The translations under genes were made by a program, and so were the position numbers. DNA of 64,000 nucleotides from a bacterium UBP8_UBA817. GTDB taxonomy: Bacteria > Margulisbacteria > Marinamargulisbacteria > UBA817. Below are positions 30,601-39,574 of this stretch, in pieces (within the stretch, counting starts at the first letter, position 1; the number at the start of each line of letters is the position of its first letter). Below the pieces are notes generated by a model. That model worked only from the letters and a program-made list of their open reading frames with translations. It had not been told where the DNA came from and ran no database searches. The DNA is taken from positions 297 to 64,296 of the forward strand of contig DBHX01000055.1 of NCBI GenBank assembly GCA_002296285.1, written 5' to 3'.

Positions 30601-33288
30601 GATGATGCTCAATTGCGTTTTTCGCCATTGATTGACTCTGTTGGTTTTGAAATTCATTCAGATGGGACCCAACAAATGAAGTTTCAACATTCTAAGGTGA
30701 GTTTTGGCTCAACGGATGTGCCCAGTTCGCCAACCAATAGTGCCTATGTTCGTCAGGGGGCTTTTATTTCAGATCGCTTAATGTTAAATGATGAACATAT
30801 TGAGTTTAAAACAATTCGAACCCCAACCAATCGTTTTATTCATGATTATCGCAATCAGGTGCAGCGCCTGTCGTTTGATTTTGATTCAGGATTCGACATA
30901 TCAACCCCGTCGGACAATGCGGTTGTCTTAACATTTTTAGACCATTTTTCAAATATGAGTTCGGTGTCTGCCAATATTGTGATTACCCCAAACACTCAAA
31001 TTATTACCCCAAATGGCATTGATATGATGTCGTTTCTTGGAGATAATATATCCATTCAGGCCAATAATGTTGACTCTGAAGGGGATCCAGATGGATCCAT
31101 GGATTCATTAACGTTTTATAATGACTTAATGAATGGGGGCACAATCAATGGGGATTTGTTGATTTCAGCGACATTAAATTTCATTGGTAATGATTCAGAT
31201 GGCGTGGTGAATGGTTTTGAGGGTGATATCTCCAATATGTTTAATATACCATTTCCATGGCATCATACGGTGACTGAAAATGGCGAGTTGGTTCATTATG
31301 AGTATGTGATTACTGAAAATGTGGGTATTGGTCTTACAAACCCGCAATACCCACTCCAAGTGGCTGGTGTAACGTCCATGAATATTGCTCAATCGCCATC
31401 CATTAATGTGCAGAAAGATTTTGTTTCGAATAAGGATTATCTGAATATGGTTGCTGATGGCAATGAATTTAACGTAACGGTGAACTCATCAGGAATGATG
31501 AATGACTCGGTTCTTCAATGGAGTGGTGCGCGGTTGACGGATAATATTTTTGGATTGAATGGGTTTAACACAGCCTATACCATGTCGCTTTATCCAAAAT
31601 CTGAGGGTGTCAATGCGGACCTTTACATTGAGGGAAGAGAGCGGGCTCGATTTACCCTGCACGAAGCGTTTGATTTATTGAGTGATGCCAGTGGTGATAT
31701 GCATGTCACTGCGCTTGGCTCTGTCAATGATTTGATATTCATGAACCCAAGTACAAGCCTCTATGTTTCAACGGATCAACGCTTGGGCATTGGTATGTTT
31801 AAAAAACCTCAAAATAGTTTGGATGTTTCGGGAAATATGGTGATTGGATCATCATTGGCGGGAACCATTCAAGCACCTCAGAATTCCGTGATGGTTCAAG
31901 GGAAGTTGGGGGTTGGAACCCGTTCCCCGGACGCCTATGCTGATGTTCAAGGATCGGTGGTGGTTGCTGAATCTGATGGTTATTTGGGCGCCATTACAGG
32001 GTTGTCCAATGATTTGGTTGTTGAAACCAAATTATTTATTGATGAACTAGATCCAAGTATGACTGAGAGCATGCTTGTGAATGGCGATATGCTGGGCATT
32101 GGGAATGTGTATTTTAATAAAACGGCCAATGCAGCGACGTCCGAATTGGCATTTTTTAATGATTCTGATTCTCGTGTGGCAATTGGTTATGGGCAAAGTA
32201 AAACCGATCGGTCACTGGCTATTTCTGGTAAAACATATGTAAAACTTACTCCAAAGTACAATATTAAAGGGATCTATATTGATTCTGCAAAGCGTGTTGC
32301 TTTGGGCCATGACGCTCCGGAATCATTATTTCATGCAAAGAAAAATAATATCTCAATGAAATTAGAGGCAACGGGTAATGGGGATTCAACCGTTAAATTT
32401 GAATCTGGAAAGAATGGTTTGATGGGGATTTCCTCGGCTGTTCAAAGTCAATTCTTGTTATCAGATGGTGAAAACTTGCAAACAGCCGGATCCGATGTAT
32501 CGATTGATAGTGCTGGCAATGTGGATATTGGATACAATTTGGCCAATTCCCAAACAGTTCAGCCCACTCACTCAGTGAGAGTGGACATCAATGGAAAAAT
32601 CAATGCGGGCAGTGTGCTTGAAAATGGGCAAGTATTGACACATATGCCTGAGGGTAGCATCATCATGTGGTCTGGCTATATGTCACAGCTTCCCGATGGT
32701 TGGGAGCTATGTGATGGAACCACCACTTGTCCTCAAAACTTGGAGGGTTATTTTGTGTTGGGGAAATCCTCAGGTCAAACCGTGGGTGAAGACGCGGGTG
32801 TTGATACTTTCTCAGTTGCAACATCCAGTGATTATTCCCATAAACATGTTTCAAATCATACACATGGTGGATTTACATCGACCGCTCATGGGCATAATGA
32901 TTTAGATATTGGTGATAAGAATGACACAACGTATACATCGGGTAACGATGTGCCCAGTGGCACTAGTTCTGTGGGCCAGAGTGGATTCACAGAAACTTGG
33001 GAGGAGTGTTGGTGGATTGATCTTTTTGGTTTGTTTTGTGAGGAAAAGAGTCGGTGGCATGATTATCCATCGCATGTTGGGTACAATGGGCCATCAACAT
33101 CCAATGGGCATCATAATCACTCAGTGACCATTAATCATGGTCATAATTCGAGTGTTAGCAATGACACTCATTCCCATACCTTGGCTGATCAATCTCATGA
33201 GCATGCCAATGCAACGCATGACCATACCGTTGATAATGAACCGATTTATTATCAATTGGCGTTTATTTACTTGAAAGGAGAAGGATAG
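27664..33288 (+). CDS. Giant secreted tail-fibre-like protein of 1874 aa, with the same C-terminal tail-collar and HxH-rich architecture.
   Basis: Its start overlaps the upstream stop (TAATG). A signal peptide, the GDGEFIYNV fibre motif, and a Gly/Asn repeat block at nt ~28510-28900 are present. The collar domain (nt 32644-33285) reads GSIIMWSGYMSQLPDGWELCDG... with eight HxH motifs and ends ...DNEPIYYQLAFIYLKG. Confidence 0.78.
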   Translation: MLKKILCLLSLLFIASIARPITFQLYVYDTANQEPLNTTDVVAIQSSFVDANGVVYFETSQDQQVSNGILHMTLDLDLSDGSQLMAFDQPGMQIKVNLLDDELLMPLESMPLSIGSNLSDRTFQINDPDLMTIQYNEGVVNIGGGRSTENALHVNGVLTADYFKGDGEFIYNVVGSGFNDDHSLERNFSRSCPPNVSRPECSYGNDVLYISSNPFVGINTTQPKMLLDMVGTVLFTKGQDNVGGLTFPLKKHQSLMAWDHSSAAFRAGYVSRDASVSAEGFSRSSVSIGRDVFISGRNSSVIGGQGHDISGNFSSILGGEQNSVTGNYSVLVGARSDQIHKSYVSTIGGESNIVSSNYSVLLSSSFNTLGGEYITIMGKNNLVNGESVFVYGDNNQINSNHTIVMGNSSLINHDNSWVVNVSSTVLAQTTNPNQVIWMADQGVSINTDDYSESLVVGGDLMASMIYGDGSQLTNVSAVDKYWLMVDNIMTNENYSLGIGTSLKRNNRINLRYGLTLSSDGSTRPGTMAYEHGDLIGYGETATHSLLVQDTDTVYNVSSEFLNDNNVLYLSTANAMANDYLVFTGQAWEPKVKSLWVDSSSFLSYSRPVSLWKNQSYFGRLTMAHPTLNHMVFSDATHTQGMSLNVAGLKDNNQVFAFGFNIKDIEEKQPFNVLNDSFLFHFDSLNGGIVIQNLTNSLMEIDRYTDINFFDHAGLMDINIPTKTRVESIVIDDGDDSEMAHVNFIDDPFISVNSAGRIRFQTPETATINLRILPPTYDSLLTQTRLQVTDRSEVILSHQDGFSVGQPMLTIPEGNMLIDVGYGIGVFDSDGSMKTGGRIFSDAVVFTPDSSGLNRVYFHDIGFGVRTTPDQLVVIQDNDVSMLVKKSPQDDASSLVFSKQMLPKWTIQSGAELGASTLVIRNAQAIEILKMNQKILINSPNSPSKEISMNGNLTIMDSNLQLTPMSGSDNPTNAIPFVFIDDAQLRFSPLIDSVGFEIHSDGTQQMKFQHSKVSFGSTDVPSSPTNSAYVRQGAFISDRLMLNDEHIEFKTIRTPTNRFIHDYRNQVQRLSFDFDSGFDISTPSDNAVVLTFLDHFSNMSSVSANIVITPNTQIITPNGIDMMSFLGDNISIQANNVDSEGDPDGSMDSLTFYNDLMNGGTINGDLLISATLNFIGNDSDGVVNGFEGDISNMFNIPFPWHHTVTENGELVHYEYVITENVGIGLTNPQYPLQVAGVTSMNIAQSPSINVQKDFVSNKDYLNMVADGNEFNVTVNSSGMMNDSVLQWSGARLTDNIFGLNGFNTAYTMSLYPKSEGVNADLYIEGRERARFTLHEAFDLLSDASGDMHVTALGSVNDLIFMNPSTSLYVSTDQRLGIGMFKKPQNSLDVSGNMVIGSSLAGTIQAPQNSVMVQGKLGVGTRSPDAYADVQGSVVVAESDGYLGAITGLSNDLVVETKLFIDELDPSMTESMLVNGDMLGIGNVYFNKTANAATSELAFFNDSDSRVAIGYGQSKTDRSLAISGKTYVKLTPKYNIKGIYIDSAKRVALGHDAPESLFHAKKNNISMKLEATGNGDSTVKFESGKNGLMGISSAVQSQFLLSDGENLQTAGSDVSIDSAGNVDIGYNLANSQTVQPTHSVRVDINGKINAGSVLENGQVLTHMPEGSIIMWSGYMSQLPDGWELCDGTTTCPQNLEGYFVLGKSSGQTVGEDAGVDTFSVATSSDYSHKHVSNHTHGGFTSTAHGHNDLDIGDKNDTTYTSGNDVPSGTSSVGQSGFTETWEECWWIDLFGLFCEEKSRWHDYPSHVGYNGPSTSNGHHNHSVTINHGHNSSVSNDTHSHTLADQSHEHANATHDHTVDNEPIYYQLAFIYLKGEG

Positions 33289-36200
33289 TGTTTGGCCGGG
33301 CCATTTTTTCGTTCCTTTTTGTGATTAGTCTATCTCTTTTTGGAAGTGATTATACCCATCGTCTTCAATTAAATATTAATTTGGCAAAATCGTATTCCAA
33401 TGGCATTCACCAATCCATGGTTCCAGTGATTGGAACTCACAATGTTGATATTGAGATTGTTCCCTTACTTACGGATGGGTTTGGGGATCCATTTTGGTCA
33501 TTGTCTAAAGCGACGTATATTGATAAAGGTGATTTGGCCATTTCTGTTGAAGATTCATCCATGGATTGGGTTCATTTATTAAGAAATAATGAACTGTATT
33601 TTCGTATTCGGGTACTGGATGATTTGTTGGATATTCCATTTGAGGTGTTGCCGTATTCAACATTATCTGATTTTACGGATCGTGCTAAGTATTTTCATGA
33701 TGATTCAATCATTAAGGTGGATTATGAGCACGCTCGTTTGGTGATTAATTCCTCCACCTCCAATGCTGAATTGGCGGTGAGTGGATCTATTCGTGCGGGC
33801 TATTTTTCAGGGGATGGATCAGAATTAACCAATTTAACTGGCCCTGGATTTAATAATGAATACTCTTTGAACTCCGATGATGGTATTCATAAAGATGTGT
33901 TACTCATTGATTCAACGGGAAATGTTGGCATTCATACCATAACTCCCAATGCTCGAATTCATGTGAAGGGCAATACGGTGTTTCAGGGGGTTGCAAATCC
34001 TGATTTGGAGGGTTATTTGGTGCCATCCGGTGCGGTATTGATGTGGGATCCTTCAAGGGGTGCTTTTCGATCGGGTCAATTTGAGGGTCCGGTGAATTCA
34101 AGTGATATTGGGGCCTATTCGATTGGTTTTGGTGATGATGTGCTCATTAAATCAATGTATTCATCCATTTTAGGTGGGGATAATCAAGTGATTGAAAGAA
34201 CTGGATTATCTTCGGTGATTTTGGGTGGTCAAACTCATTCGATTTTAAATAACTATTCGGTGGTTGCTGGTGGCTATAGAAATTTAATTGGTGGTGAATG
34301 GAGTGTTGTTCTTGGTGGTCGAGAGCACAATGTCTATGGTGATTACAATGTTGTTTTGGGTGGGGATCTAAATGAGGTAAGGGGTGGATTAAATACCGTG
34401 ATTGGTCGAAATAATGTCATGATGGGGGACTTTTCAATTGCCATTGGATCCAACCATAATGTTTCTTCAAATCTGTCGGTAGCGTTGGGGAAAAATACTC
34501 AGTCGAATAATTACTATTCCACGATTTATTCGGATGGTGTGAATGAGATCGCGACAAGTAAACCTGAGCAATTTGTGGTTTATTCAACTCAAGGTGTTGG
34601 CATTAATACAACTCCTGAACAAGGATTTTCGTTGACGGTTTCTGGCAATATCAAAGCCAATAAATATTATGGGGATGGTCGGTATGTAAGAAATATTATT
34701 GCAGGTCAGGATTATTGGAGACAAGTTTCATCACCACAGGGCATTTATTATATGCATGGACCAGTATCTGTTGGAACCATTTCATCTTATGCTAATTTGA
34801 CGGTATCTGGTGGGATTACCATTCAAGACGCTGATCAGGCCTCCAATGGAACCATGGGTTTTTCTGAGCAAGATGGGTTGCGTTTTTTTCATGATGAATG
34901 GATCTCTATGGATCAAGTTGATACCGATACCACATTGAGTGCTGGGAGGGGGACTCAATTGGATGACACGACATTTTCGTTGGCCCCAATGGGCGCTCAA
35001 GCCCATCAGGTGATCTATTTTAATGGCAGCCGTTGGGCTCCAAAAATACCCTTTATATGGCAACCTCATGAGAATGGTCATTATTTAGAAAAGCAATGGG
35101 CGTTATTTGATGATGCATCGTCCTCTACTCTTAAGTCGGCGGTTGTGATTGAATCGCCCAGTGGGGGAACGATTAAACCTTATCCTTTGGTGGTTGGATT
35201 AACGGATACCATGATGGTGTCGCCCCAAGATAACATCATGTTTTTTAATTTGGACTTTAGAGATAGCAATAAAGATAGTTATCAGATTGTTAATGCGCTT
35301 GGTCAACGTGTGGGGGATACGTATGGTGGATTGATTCGTGTAACGGATAAATTATTGAGTATTCAACAAACCAAAGTTCCTGCAACATCGCAAGATGTTG
35401 TTCAAATGAGATCGTTGTTAAATATGACGCCAACCAGTTTATATATTCATGAGGATGTTCCTCAAGCCACATTTGATTCCAAAGGATCCATTGGGTTTTT
35501 ACATACCATTGTGGATAAAAATAATATTGGGTTTGGTCATCAAGTGAATATTTGGAATCGATTTCCAAATTACTTGTATTTAGACCAAGGGAATCACCTT
35601 AATTTCTTTGCGGGTAATGATGCCGTTTCACAACCCATTCAGTTTAAAATCAATGGTCAAAATCAATTAACATTTAATTCCGATGGTGACATGATTGTTG
35701 GGAACGGTGTGGCCCATGCCAAATTATCAATCTTTGGTGGCGGTCTTTCATTTAATGTGGATGACACGCTTATTGAAGGAACCATGCGGTATGGAAAGTG
35801 GGCATCCATTCACTCGGTGTCAGTCGCTGATCCATCGATTTATGTTCAGGTGAATAATGAGGTCGTTGCAGATATTGGGCATTTAAGTATGGCCATTGGT
35901 ACAAAGAATTCAACATTGGTATCCATGTTGGGAGTATCCGAAACAGCCCCTTTGCTGAACCTTCGATCATCACAAAACTCTGTGGTAAGATTAGAAAATT
36001 CAGAATCAAATGCCATGTTTGCCAATCAGGACGGATCATTTTATCTAAAACATGAGTCGGCGAGTCAGCCGCTTTTGGCATTGGATGGGTCTCAGCATGT
36101 TAGTTTTCTGACATCAACGTTTTCAGAAAAGCCAACCCGTGAAGTTGTCATAAATGGTAGCATTGAGTTGTCCAATGCGGACTCCATATTGCTTCAAGAT

Positions 36201-38795
36201 GCACAAAAATCAACCATTCTTTCAGTTTCAAAAAGTGGAAACAATGTTATGATGACGCATCAAAACCCTGAGCCGATTCGATTCAGTTCTGCCAGTGATT
36301 CTGTGATGATGTTGGTGTCAGCCAATCGAAAAGTAGCCATTCAATCGGAAACGGTGACTGAGAATGCGCAGGTATATGTTGTCGGGGATATCCTATTTGA
36401 TGGCCCCATATATTATCAACATGGCGGAGAAAATCAGTTGGTTCAATCCTTTGTTCTTGATAAGTCATCCAGTGATTCAGCCAATGAGTTGGAGGTAAGG
36501 TCCATAAAATCTCTGATTGTGGATGAAGAATCCGGCGTTGGGTTATCTGTCATTGATGCTGACTCGATTCGGTTGTCAGCCCCGGGGTATTATCGCAAAA
36601 TGTTTGAAACCCCAGAGTATGATGGCATTGATGTGGACCCACTAAATGACCCGTTTTATGTTGAGGCCAATGGGAAAGATATTCTTGAGTTGAAAGAGGT
36701 GTACCCGAATGGCGGTGTTTCTATTAATATGTTGGATACAAATAGTGATGGTGTTGGGGATGCTATTGAGTTGTATAATCCGTTGATTGATGGTGGTATC
36801 ATCAATGGTGATGTGACATTAAATGGGCGGTTGGAGCTTCGAGGGGTGAACGCCAATGGTAGTCGAGTGTCTAATATTCCATTTCGATGGATTAAACGCA
36901 TCAATGATTTGACGTATTCTTCAGGTAATGTTGGGATTAATACATCATCTCCGAATTATGTTTTGGAGGTTAATGATCTGATGCATACGGATGAACTTAC
37001 TGTATCTGATCAATTAATTGCGCAACAGATCGTGTTTGATGATTCTACAGCGACAACAGTCAATCAGAACATTACATATAGTGTGGATGCGGACAATACG
37101 GAGTCCAATGATCAGATGATCTTTAACTCAGCCAATGGTCCGTTGTTAACATTGAAGGCCCAAGGCAACAATCAACAGATTGGGGTTTTTAATGAATTGC
37201 CTGAAGTGGATCTTCATTTAAAGCGGACGGGGACACCCGCCAAGGTGTTGTTTGAAAGTGAGCCGTCTGGAAAATCTGGCATTTCATTCATGGCATCTTC
37301 TTCTGGAAAAGGTGGCGTGTTTCAAATTAATAACAGTCGGGACGACAATCCTTCTGGGGGTGGCCCCAATGAATCGGTGCTTATTTCCAGTGGGAATATC
37401 ACCTTGCATACCAATGGGGCCCCATCCGTGTATGTAACGGATCATTCTGTATCCATTAATAAAGCGGTTGATCAAAATGAATTTTATGCCGATAATACCG
37501 TTACCGTTGGTACTGATTTTGCTGGGGTTGTGGTTAACTCTGATCAGGGGTTAACCATTCAAGAAAAGTTATTTGTTGGTCATGAAAATGCCGTGGAGCC
37601 TGGAGCCACCTTTTATGCCAAAGATGCATTGATGGTTGGGGATACGGTGGCAAAGCCGACTAATTTTAAAGGGGTGATTGTTCAGAGGCATTTGGGTGTT
37701 GGATTGTCACAACCAAGTGAAGGAATATCTGTCAAAGGGGGCTTGAAATTAAAGAATGAATTATTGATGCATAGTGATCGTTCAACGCCGTTATTTAAAA
37801 TTACGCCAACGGCATTTGATGTGATTCCTACCAATCGAAGTTTGGATTTTCAAGTATCGAAAGAATTGTTTTTTTCAATTGATCAACAGCGTGCGATGAC
37901 GATTTTTCAAAATTCAGTAACCATTGGCTCAGATGCCGAAAAAGACGATAGTAATTTCTTTTTGGTTGATAATGTGTCCGCCAATGGTGCCAAATTATTT
38001 TTGGACGATCAAGCGGGGTTTCCGAAGATTCATTTTCAATTAAATAATGGAAGCCGTCATGCGAGCATTGGCATTGATGCACATGCTTCAATAACCAAAG
38101 TATTAATCAATGCAAATTCCCAAAACCCGTCTTCTGAAACAAATATGATTGTTACGCCAGGGAAGGTCGGTATATCAAAAACCCCCGATCATGCATTGGA
38201 TGTGAGTGGGACATTGAAATCAGAGACGATTTATTTGAATGATGATCGCATGTACCCGGTGCCGCCTGGTGCCATCGTCATGTGGTCAGGAACAACCCCT
38301 CCGGCGGGGTGGCAGTTGTGTGATGGCTCAAACAATACGCCTGATCTAAGAAATAAATTCATTAAAGGATCAAATTTTGATGGCATGAATATCACGGGGG
38401 GGCAAAATTCTATGTCAATTACGGGGGGTGCTCATAATCATATTGGTGGTGCTCATGATCATTCAATTTCTGGGGGGACCCATGCGCATGAAACAACAGT
38501 AAGTCCGTCGTCATTTAATAGTGTTGGGGCTGTTACGGTTTCATTAAATCGATCCGATTATCGTTCTAATGGAGGGTCGGGTGATAACCCAAGTCATACT
38601 CGCTCCCATGGTCACAATAATCCAACATCTCACACTCATGATTTATCTGGGCAAGGCGATGGTGGGGAGCATCATGAGCAACATGCGGATACTCCAGGAA
38701 CGCACACTCATGCTGGTGGTGGGCATACGCACACTTGGGATAATCAACCGGCCTATTATATTTTGGCATTTATTATTAAAGTATCGGATACGTAG
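33288..38795 (+). CDS. Giant secreted tail-fibre-like protein of 1835 aa, with the same C-terminal tail-collar and HxH-rich architecture.
   Basis: A GTG start overlaps the upstream stop (TAGTG). A signal peptide, the FSGDGSELTNL motif, and a Gly/Asn repeat block at nt ~34110-34500 are present. The collar domain (nt 38261-38792) reads PPGAIVMWSGTTPPAGWQLCDGSNNTPDLRNKFIKG...GGAHNHIGGAHDH...HTHTWDNQPAYYILAFIIKV. Confidence 0.78.
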   Translation: MFGRAIFSFLFVISLSLFGSDYTHRLQLNINLAKSYSNGIHQSMVPVIGTHNVDIEIVPLLTDGFGDPFWSLSKATYIDKGDLAISVEDSSMDWVHLLRNNELYFRIRVLDDLLDIPFEVLPYSTLSDFTDRAKYFHDDSIIKVDYEHARLVINSSTSNAELAVSGSIRAGYFSGDGSELTNLTGPGFNNEYSLNSDDGIHKDVLLIDSTGNVGIHTITPNARIHVKGNTVFQGVANPDLEGYLVPSGAVLMWDPSRGAFRSGQFEGPVNSSDIGAYSIGFGDDVLIKSMYSSILGGDNQVIERTGLSSVILGGQTHSILNNYSVVAGGYRNLIGGEWSVVLGGREHNVYGDYNVVLGGDLNEVRGGLNTVIGRNNVMMGDFSIAIGSNHNVSSNLSVALGKNTQSNNYYSTIYSDGVNEIATSKPEQFVVYSTQGVGINTTPEQGFSLTVSGNIKANKYYGDGRYVRNIIAGQDYWRQVSSPQGIYYMHGPVSVGTISSYANLTVSGGITIQDADQASNGTMGFSEQDGLRFFHDEWISMDQVDTDTTLSAGRGTQLDDTTFSLAPMGAQAHQVIYFNGSRWAPKIPFIWQPHENGHYLEKQWALFDDASSSTLKSAVVIESPSGGTIKPYPLVVGLTDTMMVSPQDNIMFFNLDFRDSNKDSYQIVNALGQRVGDTYGGLIRVTDKLLSIQQTKVPATSQDVVQMRSLLNMTPTSLYIHEDVPQATFDSKGSIGFLHTIVDKNNIGFGHQVNIWNRFPNYLYLDQGNHLNFFAGNDAVSQPIQFKINGQNQLTFNSDGDMIVGNGVAHAKLSIFGGGLSFNVDDTLIEGTMRYGKWASIHSVSVADPSIYVQVNNEVVADIGHLSMAIGTKNSTLVSMLGVSETAPLLNLRSSQNSVVRLENSESNAMFANQDGSFYLKHESASQPLLALDGSQHVSFLTSTFSEKPTREVVINGSIELSNADSILLQDAQKSTILSVSKSGNNVMMTHQNPEPIRFSSASDSVMMLVSANRKVAIQSETVTENAQVYVVGDILFDGPIYYQHGGENQLVQSFVLDKSSSDSANELEVRSIKSLIVDEESGVGLSVIDADSIRLSAPGYYRKMFETPEYDGIDVDPLNDPFYVEANGKDILELKEVYPNGGVSINMLDTNSDGVGDAIELYNPLIDGGIINGDVTLNGRLELRGVNANGSRVSNIPFRWIKRINDLTYSSGNVGINTSSPNYVLEVNDLMHTDELTVSDQLIAQQIVFDDSTATTVNQNITYSVDADNTESNDQMIFNSANGPLLTLKAQGNNQQIGVFNELPEVDLHLKRTGTPAKVLFESEPSGKSGISFMASSSGKGGVFQINNSRDDNPSGGGPNESVLISSGNITLHTNGAPSVYVTDHSVSINKAVDQNEFYADNTVTVGTDFAGVVVNSDQGLTIQEKLFVGHENAVEPGATFYAKDALMVGDTVAKPTNFKGVIVQRHLGVGLSQPSEGISVKGGLKLKNELLMHSDRSTPLFKITPTAFDVIPTNRSLDFQVSKELFFSIDQQRAMTIFQNSVTIGSDAEKDDSNFFLVDNVSANGAKLFLDDQAGFPKIHFQLNNGSRHASIGIDAHASITKVLINANSQNPSSETNMIVTPGKVGISKTPDHALDVSGTLKSETIYLNDDRMYPVPPGAIVMWSGTTPPAGWQLCDGSNNTPDLRNKFIKGSNFDGMNITGGQNSMSITGGAHNHIGGAHDHSISGGTHAHETTVSPSSFNSVGAVTVSLNRSDYRSNGGSGDNPSHTRSHGHNNPTSHTHDLSGQGDGGEHHEQHADTPGTHTHAGGGHTHTWDNQPAYYILAFIIKVSDT

Positions 38796-38933
38796 CTTAG
38801 GCGCTGCTAATTGTCATGCCTTTTTTGTTCAATGTCTTCTTGGATTTTCACTCCCTTCGGGATCTCACGGGGTACACCCTAATGTCACTGAGTAACAAAT
38901 AAAGATTTACACAAGTATAAAGATAATTAATTC

Positions 38934-38951
38934 TGTATTTAATAAAATACA
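38934..38951. promoter_or_regulatory. Palindromic operator-like site 18-35 bp upstream of the small HTH gene.
   Basis: A perfect inverted repeat TGTATTT-aata-AAATACA, followed by an ATACtGTAT mini-palindrome. Confidence 0.4.
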
Positions 38952-38968
38952 TACTGTATGTTAATGAA

Positions 38969-39391
38969 ATGAGCTACAAAAAAGAAGTTCTATTTAATCA
39001 AGCAATAGATATTATTAAAAAGCATAACATCACAAGCATTGTGAGCTTAATCTCTTATATGCCATGTCAAAGAAGTACTTTCTATGAACATTTCCCTAAT
39101 AAATCGGACAAATCGGACACCTTAAAAAAAGAGATAGAGAAAAACAAGGTGTTCATGAAAGAGAAATTGGTTAATATATGGCTTGATCCAGAAAAGTCAT
39201 CACCAGCAGAGCGAGTCTTTTTTTACAAGCTATGCATGAATCAAGAAGAAAAAGAAATACTTTATGATACTCAGATTAAAAAAAGAATTGATCCCCCTAA
39301 ACATGAAATAACATTAAACCTAATTGATAGTAAGAATGAGGCCTTAAATACGGTTCGTGATAAAGAAAATTCAATCCTTAAAATAGTTTGA
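38969..39391 (+). CDS. Small DNA-binding protein with a TetR-like N-terminal HTH. It is AT-rich and probably part of the island.
   Basis: The segment ...AIDIIKKHNITSIVSLISYMPCQRSTFYEHFPNKSD matches the TetR HTH signature (...G...t......aGvs.gtlYhHF.sKe.L). The protein is 140 aa. Confidence 0.4.
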   Translation: MSYKKEVLFNQAIDIIKKHNITSIVSLISYMPCQRSTFYEHFPNKSDKSDTLKKEIEKNKVFMKEKLVNIWLDPEKSSPAERVFFYKLCMNQEEKEILYDTQIKKRIDPPKHEITLNLIDSKNEALNTVRDKENSILKIV

Positions 39392-39493
39392 CTTTAAAAA
39401 TTTGAGCCTATAAATAAATATTAATAAGGGGGGATAAAATGGGGTTATTTAGTCCACCATTAAAGCCCTCCAATATCGGCAATAAAAGAAACC

Positions 39494-39525
39494 AGGGGGG
39501 GAGTATCCCCGCCCCTCTTTTTTTT
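39494..39525 (+). terminator. Rho-independent terminator downstream of the HTH gene.
   Basis: A GGGGGGG-agtat-CCCC(g)CCCC stem-loop followed by a T8 run. Confidence 0.5.
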
Positions 39526-39574
39526 GGGGATTACTTTATATTACGAACCAGGGGGTGTCTTTTCTGTATTCGTT

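Noticed and set aside
12747-37475. Numerous 60-160 aa ORFs nested in alternative frames or antisense inside the giant genes and other long CDSs (for example 22623-23102 and 13407-13697).
   Set aside because: They are fully contained in long, well-supported ORFs, have no motifs, and are typical six-frame artefacts.
27058-38795. A possible diversity-generating retroelement (DGR) targeting the Asn/His/Asp/Thr-rich C-terminal regions of the fibre proteins.
   Set aside because: No reverse transcriptase gene and no template or variable repeat pair are visible anywhere in the window. The low-complexity composition is better explained by HxH metal-binding inserts in a tail-collar domain.
18928-38795. 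A prophage tail module.
   Set aside because: There are no capsid, portal, terminase, tail tube, sheath, baseplate or lysis genes anywhere in the 64 kb. The fibre genes have Sec signal peptides, which virion fibres lack. Flanking genes are housekeeping.
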